Shown: positions 25,735 through 38,160 of the stretch, one piece after another
How the letters are laid out: each line of letters opens with the position of its first letter
Position numbering within the stretch: position 1 is the first letter of the stretch
Assembly (NCBI RefSeq): GCF_006345805.1
Contig: NC_043001.1
Span: forward strand, 67,394,001-67,458,000
Reading direction: 5' to 3'
Length of the DNA stretch: 64,000 nucleotides
Source: Octopus sinensis
Lineage: Eukaryota
Position numbers and translations under genes: made by a program
Notes under the pieces: model-generated
What the model was told of the DNA's origin: nothing
Database searches by the model: none
Seen by the model: the letters and a program-made list of their open reading frames with translations, nothing else

Positions 25735-27184
25735 ATATATATTCGATCTGTAGAAAAGGTGTAGGTAGAAACTCTATAAGATGTACCCAGTGTAAGCTAT
25801 GGACACATAAGAGGTGCAGCAATGTCAAAGGTAGGCTAACTGGGAAGATAGTTTTTGTATGTGGCAGATGCTCGGGAGCATTAACCTCCGCAAATCTGCA
25901 GAAAACAACTTCCGTCACTTTCCAGGGGGAAAAACTAGAAGTAGTTGATAGCTTCCGTTATCTAGGTGACCAAGTCAGTAGTGGGGGTGGGTGCGCTGAA
26001 AGTGTAACTGCTAGAATAAGAATAGCCTGGGCAAAGTTTAGGGAGCTCTTACCTCTGCTGGTGACTAAAGGCCTCTCGCTCAGAGTAAAAGGCAGACTGT
26101 ATGATGCGTGTGTACGAACAGCCATGCTACATGGCAGCGAAACATGGGCCGTGACTGCTGAGGACATGCGTAAGCTCGTGAGGAATGAAGCCAGTATGCT
26201 CCGATGGATGTGTAATGTCAGTGTACATACTCGACAGAGCGTTAGCACCTTGAGAGAATGTTGTACCTAAGTAGCATCAGTTGTGGTGTGCAAGAGAGAC
26301 GATTGCGCTGGTATGGTCATGTGGCGAGAATGGATGAAGATAGGTGTGTGAGAAAGTGCCAATCCCTAGCAGTTGAGGGAACCCGTGGGAGAGGTAGACC
26401 CAGGAAAACCTGGGACGAGGTGGTGAAGCACAACCTTCGAACTCTAGGCCTCACTGAGGAAATGACCAGAGACCGAGACCTTTGGAAATATTCTGTACGT
26501 GAGAAGACCAGGCAGGACAAGTGAGCCCAGCCCACTTATGAATGACTTTCCTCCCTTGGACACAAAGACCGGCTGAAGCAAGCGAAGTCGATATAGAACC
26601 TCATCCGACGACAGACACCCATGCCAACCCCCCATACTTGCGAAGACATGTTGGGGCAAGCGAAATCGAAATCGAAACCGAATTGAACCAGCCAGGATCC
26701 CATGCCTGGTGGTACGTAAAAAGCACTATCCGACTCGTGGCCGTGGCACGTAAAATACTCCAATGCGACCGTACGACAGGCACCCATGCCAACCTCCTTT
26801 GCTTGTGAAGACATGTTGGGGCAAGCGAAATCGAAATCGAATTGAACCAGCCAGGATCCCTGGTCTGGTGGTACGTAAAAAGCACTATCCAACTCGTGGC
26901 CGATGCCAGCACCGCCTCGACTGGCTTCCGTGCCGGTGGCACATAAAATACACCAATCTGACCGTGGCCGTTGCCAGCCCCGCCTGGCACCTGTGCAGGT
27001 GGCACGTAAAAAGCACCCACTACACTCACGGAGTGGTTGGCGTTAGGAAGGGCATCCAGCTGTAGAAACATTGCCAAATTAGACTGGAGCCTGGTGCAGC
27101 CTTCTGGCTGCCCAGAACCCCGGTCGAACCGTCCAACCCATGCTAGCATGGAGAACGGACGTTAAACGACGATGATGATGATGA

Positions 27185-27185
<1 letters not shown>
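25735..27185 (+). mobile_element. 5'-truncated RTE (BovB-like) LINE with duplicated 3' UTR block and (GAT)n tail
   Basis: VDSFRYLGDQVSSGGGCAESVTARIRIAWAKFRELLPLL..KGRLYDACVRTAMLHGSETW..RLRWYGHVARM..RGRGRPRKTW; about 130-bp direct repeat at 26604-26745 and 26780-26905. Confidence 0.93.
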
Positions 27186-27221
<36 letters not shown>

Positions 27222-27223
<2 letters not shown>

Positions 27224-27863
27224 AGTCAAAAATTATCTGCCCTTTTGCTGTAACATATCTTTATTATTGTCGCACTACCTTCTGTGCATGCATGCTTATA
27301 GTTGGTACTATTATGATCATGTGATTGAAGTTTGAGCCTGATATGCCATTTTTCTTTCTGGCTTTCCAGTGTAAGCATGGCCGCTCCACTAACAATGTGC
27401 ACCAAAGAAGAACAAAGAGCAGTGATCCAAGAGATGGTAATGGTGAACCAGTTCACCTTTACCATCTCTCGAGCTTGCTGAATCATCTCATCAGTGGTGG
27501 AGGTTGATTTGTGTCTTGCTCCCTCTTTGTGCATAGTACTTGTCCGGCCACTTTTAAAAATCTTGATCTACTTATACACATTTCTACATGGTAGTTCACT
27601 GTCCCCATATAAACTTCAGCATATAACACACCTTCTGACCAGAGAAATCAGATCACTGCTCTTTGTTCTTCTTTGGTGCACATTGTTAGTGGAGTGGCAA
27701 TGCTTACACAGTAAAGCCAGAAAGAAAAATGGTGTGATCAAGCTCAAACTTCACTCTTGTGACCACAATAGTAGCAACTATAAGCATGCATGTACAGAAG
27801 GCAGTGTGACAATAATAATAATGATATTTTATAGTGAAAATGCAGATAATTTTTGACTTCTTG
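27222..27863. mobile_element. Mariner-derived MITE made of two 5' ends in inverted orientation, TA-flanked
   Basis: TIRs (c)aagtcaaaaattatctgc at both ends. The left arm has the transposase start MAAPLTMCTKEEQRAVI (27377). The right arm (minus) has the same start extended through the HTH region (SGRTSTMHKEGARHKSTSTTDEMIQQAREMV). Confidence 0.88.
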
Positions 27864-27889
27864 TATATATATATATATATATATATATA

Positions 27890-28267
27890 CTAGCAGTATC
27901 GCCCGGCGTTGCTCGGGTTTGTAAGGGAAATAACTATATAAGCATTTTTAGAGAGTTATAGCCAAAAAATAGCACAAAAATGCATTAAAAATGGAAAACA
28001 AATGATGGTAAATTTTTTTTAAATCGTTGACTCATCGTAGACATTTTTAGAGAGTTACTTCCCTTATATAATAGCGAAAAAAATGATGGTAAATTTTTTT
28101 TTAAATCGTAGACTCATCGTAGATGCGCGCTAATACCCACACGGGCTCGATATGAATCATGACTATAAGATACCCGGTTTTAGTTAAACTGCACCGCAAA
28201 ATGTGGGAGTAGTTAGGAATCTAAATCGTAGGAGACAGACACACAACTTCACTTTTATATATAAAGA
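27890..28267 (-). mobile_element. Complete short non-autonomous Helitron (378 bp)
   Basis: A|TCTTTATATATAAAAG 5' end; 3' hairpin cccgagcaacgccggg followed by CTAG|T; inserted at an AT dinucleotide. Confidence 0.85.
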
Positions 28268-28527
28268 TATATGATGGCTGTCCCCTTGTTATCGAGTATG
28301 GCCATTGCACGAAGCTTAACTGTTATTGGTGCTGTGATTGAATGTGCTATTTATATATATAGGTGCAGGAGTGATTGTGTGGTAAGTAGCTTGCTTACCA
28401 ATCACATGGTTCCAGGTTCAGTCCCACTGTGTGGTACCTTGGGCAAGTGTCTTCTACTATAGACTCAGGCCAATCAAGCCTTGTAAGTGGATTTGGTAGA
28501 CGGAGACTGAAAGTAGCCTGTTGTATA

Positions 28528-28573
<46 letters not shown>

Positions 28574-29245
28574 ATGTATATATGTATGTGTGTGTATATG
28601 TTGGTGTGTCTGTGTTTGTTCTTTCAATATCGCTTGACAACTGATGCTAGTGTGTTTACGTCCCTGTAATTTACTGGTTCTGCAAAAGAGATTGATAGAA
28701 TAAGTACTAGCCTTACAAAGAATAAATCCTGGGGTTGATTTGCTTAATTAAAGGTTGACCACAGCCAAATGACTGAAACAAGTAAAAGAGTATAAATACA
28801 TACATACATATATATATATATACACACATACACATTCTTATGTATAAGTATGAATGTGTACCCCTGTTTTGACATCATGTGATGGTTGTAAACAAGCACC
28901 ACCATCATACAAAGGAAGTTTCTCATTTTCATTCTTCTGTGAAGAACATGTCTGGCTATAGGTAATTATTACCTTTGTTAGAAATAGGTGAAATTTGGTA
29001 ACAGGAAGGGAATCTGGACATAGAAAATCTGACTCAATAAATTCCATCCGACTCATATGAGCTCAGAAAAGTGTGCATTAAATGATGATAATAATGATGC
29101 TGATGATGATATACATATACATACATGCACACATTTATACATGCTTACGTACTCGTACACATAACATGCACATAAACATGCGCACTAACAAATTTGCATA
29201 TATATATTCTTCTGTGTGCATTTGCATTTTTCGTAGGTGTATGTA

Positions 29246-30537
29246 CGAGGGACGTTCAATAAGTAATGCTTCTGACCCACTTCCAGGTGTTTGATCTAGT
29301 TGAAATTTTGCATGTGCAATTACTTATATCTCTACATATTAGGTGGCAAATTACAGCTCTGAACTAATTATGGTTTCTGATTTACAGGTGTTTGAACTGA
29401 GTCAAGTGTGAAATGGAGCCTGTTGAGTGTTGAGCAGTGATCCGGTTTTTGTATTTGAAAGGACGCACACCACGGGAGACTTTTGCTGAAATGAAAGTAA
29501 CTTATGGTGATGATGCCCCATCATATAACCTTGTAAAACGCTGGCATCGTGAATTCAAACATGGTCGGAACTCTGTGGAAACAGCTCCCAGATCTGGTCG
29601 ACCCCCTTCTATCATTGATGAGGCATCTGTCTGTCAAGTTGAGGCTGCCATTTTGGAAGATCGACGCATAACTATTCGCCAAATAGCCCATGAGGTCAAG
29701 ATTAGTACCGGGTCAGTGGAAACTATCATTCATGACCATTTGCATATGCAAAAGGTGTCTGCCAGATGGATTCCCAGGTTGCTCACACCTTTCCAGAAGC
29801 AAGAACGCATCGAGTGCTTGAGGATGAATTTGGAGATGTACCAAGAAGATGAGTCAAAGTTTTTCAAAAGACTGATTACACAGGATGAAACCTGGGTCCA
29901 TCACTATGATCCAGAGACCAAAGCCCAGTCAATGCAGTGGAAGCACCGTGACTCACCTCCTCCAAAGAAGGTAAGGGTGCAGCCCTCTGCTGGCAAGGTC
30001 ATGCTCACAGTCTTCTGGGACCAGGACGGAGTAGTGATGACAGATTTCCTGGCAAAGGGTACCACAATTACAGGAGCCTATTATGCTTCACTTTTGAGGA
30101 AATTGAGAGAAGCTATCAAAATCAAGAGGCGGGGCAAGATCAGCGAAGGCATCCTCCTCCTGCAGGACAACGCTCCGGTCCACAACTCGCATGTCGCCAG
30201 ATCAGAAGCACAGGCGTGTGGCTATGAACTCATCCCCCACCCCCCTACTCTCCTGACCTTGCACCCTCTGATTGTCACCTCTTCCCAGCCATGAAGTTAT
30301 TTTTGAAAGGAAAGCATTTCCCAGATGATGCAGCCTTGATTTCTAAAGTCACGTCGTGGATGGAGGACCAAGCTGGGGTCTTCTACAAAAACGGTCTCCA
30401 GAGCTGCATCAAACGATGGGAGAAATGCGTAACTCTGGGTGGTTCCTATGTAGAAAAAGACTAATAACTGTGCCAAGTTCCGTTGCTCTACTGGTATGGG
30501 AAGTGGGTCAGGGGCATTACTTATTGAACGCCCCTCG
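29246..30537 (+). mobile_element. Full-length mariner (Tc1/mariner, DD34D), 1292 bp
   Basis: 39-bp TIRs with 3 mismatches; TA duplications at 29244-29245 and 30538-30539; transposase from ATG 29413. Confidence 0.97.
29413..30465 (+). pseudogene. Mariner transposase with one premature stop (TGA 29431) and one -1 frameshift in a C-run near 30240
   Basis: WIPRLL, TQDETW, LLQDNA and, after the frameshift, HPPYSPDLAPSD; exactly 34 residues between the second and third Asp. Confidence 0.95.
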
Positions 30538-30978
30538 TATATATTTGTGTGAATATGTGTATACGTGTATGCAGGTGTATGTTTATGCATACATATTTAT
30601 TTATGGGTATGTGCATGTGTATGTATAAATGTATATATATCTGTGTATATATTTACTTATGTGAGTGTATTAACACGTGTGTGTCAGACTTTGCACAGTG
30701 GTCTGTACCTTACTTTACGTAAGAATATATGCACGTATTTATCTTTGTGATGTACATAAATTTATGCATATATACACGTGTGTACCTGCATATATGGGTT
30801 CCTATACATATATATGTATGTATTCAGCCATACGAGTGCATATGCGTGTGTATCTAGTTGTGTATATATACCCATATACTTGGATGTATATTTTTCTGTT
30901 TTTTACTCATTCTCAAAGTTGATGGATGGACATATAGCGGTACGTGAAACCGAATCAGCAAATTTCCAGTAAGACTTT

Positions 30979-31039
30979 TTTTATTGAGGTACCCGAAGAG
31001 ACTCAGAATGGGTCGAAACATGTGTTGTACCCAATAAAA
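30979..31039 (+). ncRNA. Minimal type-I hammerhead ribozyme motif (U4 position is C)
   Basis: Stem I ttttattg-a-ggtac / gtacc-caataaaa; core cCgaaga (30993-30999); stem II gactc-agaat-gggtc; GAAA (31015-31018); stem III c-atgt-g; cleavage triplet GUU (31024-31026). Confidence 0.75.
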
Positions 31040-31084
31040 TATTTTACTCACTCCATCTATATTATTAATACTTATTTCTTTACT

Positions 31085-31305
31085 ACCCACAAGGGGTTAA
31101 ACACAGAGAGGACAAACAAGGACAGACAAATGGATTAAGTCGATTACATCGACCCCAGTGCATAACAGGTACTTAATTTATCGACCCTGAAAGGATGAAA
31201 GGCAAAGTCGACTTCGGCGGAATTTGAACTCAGAACGTAATGGCAGACGAAATACGGCTACGCATTTCGCCCGGTGTGCTAACGTTTCTGCCAGCTCGCC
31301 GCCTT
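31085..31305 (-). mobile_element. Young, CpG-rich family-B SINE copy
   Basis: Minus strand aaggcggcgagctggcagaaacgttagcacaccgggcgaaatgcg...gttcaaattccgccgaagtcgac, with intact boxes. Confidence 0.9.
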
Positions 31306-32409
31306 GTTGATGAATAGGAGACGGCTGAGCCCTGGTAAACTCCTACCTATACACTAAATTCAATGCTGAATTCATGGCTAACTCTCACTTTCCTGGCAAT
31401 ACCTCCATACATGGATTGTACAGCTTTCACAAGCCATTCATTTGCCCCGCGCTTCCTCAGTGACCACCAGATCACTGAGCAAAGGACTATCTGAATATGT
31501 CTGTAATAGTGTGTGCACAGTGGTTTATGGAATATTATTAATACTGTTACCCCAACCACCACTACAAAGTTCCTGCAATAAATATGCAGATAACAGCAGG
31601 TAATCAAAACTGTGTCATTGCTTTACTCATCATTTGTTTATACATTTCGTATAATTCCTCCATTATATATATATATATATATCGAGAGAGAGAGAGAGTT
31701 AGAGAAACAGGTAAATAGATAGAAAGATATATATATATATAAATATATTGAGGGAGAGATTTAGTACAACAAAGAGGATAAACAGAACTCAGTACATGAG
31801 TATATATATTTTTTAATTGGTAAAAAGGCAGCAAGCTTGCACAATCATTAACACACCAGGCAAAATGCTGAGAAGTATCTTGCCCAGCTTTACGTTCTGA
31901 GTTCAATTTCTGCTGAGATTGACTTTACCTTTCATCCTTTCTGGGTCAATAAAATAAGTACCAGTTGAACTCTGCGGTAGATGTAATTGACTTGCCTCCT
32001 CCTCCAAATTTGCTGGCCTTGTGCCAAAATTTGAAACAAATATTTTTAATTGGTAAAAGTTACAAAAGAGATTCAAAGATTGAGAAGTGTTATGAACTAA
32101 ACTCTCAGCTCTTGAGTCACTATCCTTATTTCTGACAATTATAAAAAATAACAATAATAACTATTACTATTTCCTTTATTATTTTTTCACATACAGACAT
32201 TATTAGATTGCTAGCAATTAACTTTCTCTCTTCCTCTCTCACTCTCTCTCTCACTCTCTCATTTTCTCTGTCTCTCCCATTCTCTCTCATTTACTGTTGC
32301 TCCATGTCTTTCTCTTTTTTATGCTTTCTATTACTTTCTTCACTGCTTCCAATTTTTGAAACTTTAATTCTTTTCTTCTCTTTTTACTTTATTTTTCCTT
32401 TTTACCTCC

Positions 32410-33150
<741 letters not shown>

Positions 33151-33454
33151 ATTCTTCAATATGTTTAGAATGATCACCATGAATTGAGAATGTTCTGGAA
33201 TGTTCCAGGTGTTGACAAACAGCATTCAGGATGCAACTACCATCTCCCAATACCACCATCGCCATCAACCTCCCACCACCATCGTCACCATCAACCTCCC
33301 ACCCTGTCACTACCACTATCAGCATCCCACCACCACCACCCAACACCACAATCTTCAACTTCATCTTCTCCCCACCTTCTTCCCATTATTCTTCAATGAT
33401 TCATCAGATTTAGTTTACCAGTTTCTTCTAGGTTCTGGTCTGGTCTTCCAATAA

Positions 33455-33561
<107 letters not shown>

Positions 33562-33802
33562 CGTGTGTGTGCGCGTGTGCATGTACTTATGTGTTTGTGA
33601 GCATGAATAGATGTGTGTGTGCATAAATATATGCGTGAGAGAGCAGGGTGCTTGTGTGAAATAAAAAATAATTTTGTGTTTGCCCCTTGCAGCCAGACAT
33701 ACATACATGCATACATTCATACATTCATACATACATACATACATACATACATACATACATACATACATACATTCATGCACGCTTACCTACATGCAAGCAT
33801 AA

Positions 33803-33872
<70 letters not shown>

Positions 33873-34040
33873 CGTATATTTCAATACGGAGCAAATAATT
33901 CACTAGAAAATAATTTGCGAAGATGTCATTGATTCTACTATAATCTGGTGTAACAATTTAAAAATGATAACAACAGAATCAATAATATAGGCAATAGCTG
34001 GCCCAAAACAACATTAAATAGCTGAAGGATTAAAATTAAC

Positions 34041-34369
34041 CAAAGGACATACTTAGTATGTCCATCTGCTGGAAATAAGTCAAAACTCTTATTTAAATTG
34101 CCAAAATACACTGCTAATAATTACAGAAATCAACTGTCTGAAGGCAAACAGGCTAAGACAATCTCTAAGCATACATTCAAGTATTTGGACTCATGTAGAA
34201 TGGTTTCTGGACTGGCTGAGTCCAAATACTTGAATGTATGCTGAGAGATTGTCTTAGCCCAATTGCTTTTCGATGGTTGATTTCTGTAGTTATTATCAGT
34301 GTATTTTAGTGACTTAAATAAGTTTTAACTGTTATTTCCAGCAGGTAGACATACATAGTATGTCCTTTG
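34041..34369. mobile_element. Palindromic MITE-like element (about 150-bp arms, 23-nt loop)
   Basis: Inner arms 34151-34193 and 34217-34259 match at 42 of 43 positions; the outer ends caaaggacatac.. and ..gtatgtcctttg also pair. Confidence 0.85.
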
Positions 34370-34394
34370 AACAATTATATATATATATATATAT

Positions 34395-34700
34395 ATATCA
34401 CTGTCACCGTGACAGACCAGGCTATCAGATGTTACTACACATTGCTGGTCACAATGCGCTTCGCATTGTTTTAGCCTTCAAATGACACCACCCCGCTGGC
34501 TAAGTGAGCAGGCCAACAGAAGAAAGAGTGAGAGAAAGTTGTGGCAAAAGAGTACGGCAGGGATCACCACCACCCCCTGCCAGATCCTCGTGGAGCTTTA
34601 GGTGTTTTCGCTCAATAAACACTCACAAGGCCAGGTCTGGGAATCGAAACCTTGATCCTACAACCGCAAGTCTGCTGCCCTAACCACTGGGCCATTGCGC
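34395..34700 (-). mobile_element. tRNA-derived SINE, family C
   Basis: Minus head ggcgcaatggcccagtggttagggcagcagacttgcggttgtaggatcaaggtttcgattccca; related decayed copy at about 9380-9590. Confidence 0.75.
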
Positions 34701-35047
34701 CCCCCACCCACACACACATATATATAGGTGCAAGCATGGCTGTGTAATAAAAAGATTGCTTCCCAACCACAAGGTTCTGGGTTCAGTCCCATTGCACACC
34801 ACTTTGGATAAGAGTCTACTACTATAACCTCAGGACAACAGATGCTCTGAGTGGATTTGGAAGATGGTGACTGAAAGAAACCTATGTATATATATATATA
34901 TATATATATATGAAGAAAAATAAGTGAAAATAAGTTGAAATCAAAACAGTAAAGGCTTTTTATGAAAAGTAACCATAGATGTATACAATTAGATGAACTG
35001 AGGTAGGAATAAAAGTATAAAAGTCATTATTGTGAATTACTAAAGAG

Positions 35048-35095
35048 ATTCAAAGGCATACTGGTTTCATAAAATTACTGATCACTGCTTTGAAT
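35048..35095 (-). ncRNA. Decayed hammerhead motif in the Penelope 3' pseudo-LTR region
   Basis: Minus strand attcaaagca-gtgatca-gtaattttat-GAAA-ccag-TA-tgcctttgaat; stem I pairs; core has 2 mismatches to CTGATGA. Confidence 0.55.
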
Positions 35096-35279
35096 GCACA
35101 ACGATTACTGAATGGTGTCGGGTCTACTAGTCCCTGAGTAAAAAGATTATGTAGAAGGGAGGTAAGTAGTTCTGGATTTGGTGCAATTAGGGTAGATATA
35201 AATCTGTAATGTGAATGGTGTATGGAATGTGTGGGGGTTAGTGGTATTAACTGAAAGGTTAGTAGTGTTCTGTATTAAA

Positions 35280-35775
35280 TTATGTGTTCATATTGAGTTG
35301 TGGAAGATATTTATTGATGAAAGTTGCCTCTTTATTCATTCTTTGCTGTACGGAGGTTTTCTGTGAACATTGATAGAAGGGGAAACTTAGGAAAGTAGGA
35401 TTAAGATTCCTAGCACACCTTTCTATGTGCTCACTGACCTGTATCTGTCTGTATTGTAGGTGGTGGAATTGTTCTTTATGGAGAGTGGTTCTTCGATAGA
35501 GTGATATTCCTGTTTGGCCAATATAATGATTACCACACCTTAAGCATGTAATGGCATAGATTAGGTTTTCCGAGGCACAGGAGAAATTTGATTTAATCTT
35601 AAATATTTCACCTTGTTTAAAGTGGAGCTCTGAACTCTCCTAAAGGTGGGGGAATGTACCACAGTTAAGTTGATAACATTTTTTCACTTTTGGTTCCATT
35701 GTTGATCTCGTGCTGGTTAATATATTTTTTCAAAGATTTAGGTTGCATTTTGCTTTTGATAATTTTGTGTGAGCC
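35280..35775 (-). mobile_element. Penelope-like element 3' end: GIY-YIG endonuclease domain (not in the ORF track)
   Basis: Minus strand KKCYQLNCGTF..*ESSELHFKQGEIFKIKSNFSCASENLIYAITCLRCGNHYIGQTGISLYRRTTLHKEQ..VSEHIERC..KEATFINKYLPQLN*. Confidence 0.9.
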
Positions 35776-36005
35776 TATAAAATGGTTGGTGTTAGGAAGT
35801 GCATCCAGCTGTAAAAGCCATACCAAAACAGACACAGTAGCCTGGTGTCATCTTCTACCTAGCCAGCTCCTGTCAAACCATCAAACCCATACCAGCATGG
35901 AAGGCAGACATTAAATGATGATGATGAAGATATATATATATATATATATATATGCATGTACATATACATACATACACACACACACACACACACGCACACA
36001 TATAT

Positions 36006-36168
36006 AGGCGCAGGAGTGGCTGTGTGGTAAGTAGCTTGCTTACCAACCACATGGTTCCGGGTTCAGTCCCACTGCGTGCCACCTTGGGTAAGTGCCTTCT
36101 ACTATAGCCTCGGGCCGACCAAAGCCTTGTGAGTGGATTTGGTAGACGGAAACTGAAAGAAGCCCATC

Positions 36169-36213
<45 letters not shown>

Positions 36214-36437
36214 TGTGTGTGTGTATGTTTGTGTGTCTGTGTTTGTCCCCCTAGCTTTGCTTGACAACCGATGGTGGTGTGTTTATGACCCCATACTTAG
36301 CAGTTCGGCAAAAGAGACCGACAGAATAAGTACTGGGCTTACAAAGAATAAGTCCTGGGGTTGAGTTGCTCGACTAAAGGCGGTGCTCCAGCATAGCCGC
36401 AGTCAAATGACTGAAACAAGTAAAAGAGTAAAAAGAG
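36006..36437 (+). mobile_element. Well-preserved family-A SINE
   Basis: Complete head, body, (TA)n/(TG)n middle and tail ending gtaaaagagta. Confidence 0.92.
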
Positions 36438-36469
36438 TAATATATACATGCATATTAGACATTCATACG

Positions 36470-37195
36470 CTAGGGTGTGGCACTTTTTCACACAGCTATC
36501 CTCATCCATACGCAACACATGACCATACCTGAGAGATGACTGCACTGGTATGGTCATGTGTTGTGTATAGATGAGGACAGCTGTGTGAAAAAGTTATCAC
36601 ACCCTAGCAGTAGAGAGAACTTGTGGAAGAGGTAAACACAGGAAGACCTGGCATGAGGTAATGAAGTACGACCATTGAATGTTGGGCCTCACTGAGGTGA
36701 TGACAAGTGACCGAGACCTTTGGAGATGTGCTGTGCTTGAGAAAACCTGGCAAGTCAAGTGAAAGCGTAACTGTGCAGCATAACCAGCCCATTTAAGAGT
36801 AACCTTCAATGATTGGGCAATAAACTGTACTTGCAAAGACCTGATGGCAGTACCGTCCGATTGGCACCTGTGCCAGTTGAACGTTAAAAGCACCATTTAA
36901 GCATTGTTGATGCCAGTGCCGGCTGACTGGTCCCGTGATGGTGGCACATAAAAAGCACCATTCGTGCATGGTCGATGCCAGTGTCGCCTGACTGGCTCCT
37001 GTGCTGGTGGAACGTAAAAAGCAACCTCTACACTCTTGGAGTGGTAGGCGTTAGGAAGGGCTTCCAGCTGTAGAAACATTGCCAGATCAGATTGGAGCCT
37101 GGTGCAGCCTTTTGGCTTGCCAGCCCTCAGTCAAACCATCCAACCTATGCTAGCATGGAAAGTGGACGTTAAATGACGATGATGACGAGGATGAT
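36470..37195 (+). mobile_element. RTE 3' fragment with 65-66-bp tandem units in the 3' UTR
   Basis: WYGHVLCIDEDSCVKK..RTCGRGKHRKTW; units start at 36843, 36909 and 36974; standard (GAT)n tail. Confidence 0.85.
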
Positions 37196-37791
37196 GATAT
37201 ATAAGTGTATGTATGTATATGTGTATATGTTTATATATGTACATATATAAACATTCAACATGACACAAAGAAATCAAAACATTGGGTGCCCCAGAATCCC
37301 TTACACTAATGAATCAAGTGTGTTATGAACACACATTTGCTATAAAAGAGAAGTTGTTCTCTTGTGACAGAATACAACAGGGATTAACATATTCATGCTT
37401 GAATCTCCCGGAACATATTAAGAAGAATTATGTAAGCCAGTATTTTGGTTCCCACTGTTCACTGTGCATATGATGGGGATGACAATGATGACATGTGTAT
37501 GCGTGCATGTGTTGTTGAAAATCTAAAAGCTTGTTAGTCTCATGTTGATTGTTAGTTAATTAGCAGCTAGCTTTGTCTCAGCTTCTGCTAGTGAACAGAG
37601 CTGACAGTGCTTTGCCATTCATCGTTCTTTGGCCGGCACGAGGATATTACTTCCACTTCCCCCACCCCATCTCTATACAAATTCTCTACCTCATATTTAC
37701 AACTATGCCTCATGAAGTGGGAGTCAGAAAAGGAGAAAAAGTTCAGATAAGCAACTCTTGTTTCCAACCTACCATACATCTAAACCTCATT

Positions 37792-38160
37792 TTACAGTCT
37801 CTCTTGAGACTCTATCTGATGTGCTGCAGCATACCTTTGCTGATGTCGAGAAAGTCCCATCTCCCTTCTGTTTTGGGACTCCGTCAGACGTGCTGCAGCA
37901 TGCTTTTGCTGGTGTTGAGAAAGCCTTCTCTCCTTTCTCTCTTGAGACTGTATTTGACATGCTGCAGCATGCATTTGGTGATCTTTGGAAAGGGTCATGT
38001 TCCTTCTGTATTGAGACTCCATCTGATGTGATGCAGTCTGCCTTTGCTGATCTTGAGAAAGTTTGATGTTCCTTATCTCTTGAGACTCTCGCCTTTGGTT
38101 TTCTGCACTTTTCCTTGCTTTATAGGTGTTTCTGGTGAGATCACGTTTTTTTCTTAGGTG
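37792..38160 (-). pseudogene. STPR-like 23-aa repeat domain, probably a Helitron N-terminal remnant
   Basis: Exact 69-bp periodicity (gagact/gggact at 37806, 37875, 37944, 38013, 38082); minus ORF units of the form ESQ.R...L....R[HY]AAA; upstream reads like (M)PPKKKRDLTRNTYKARK with a frameshift. Confidence 0.7.
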
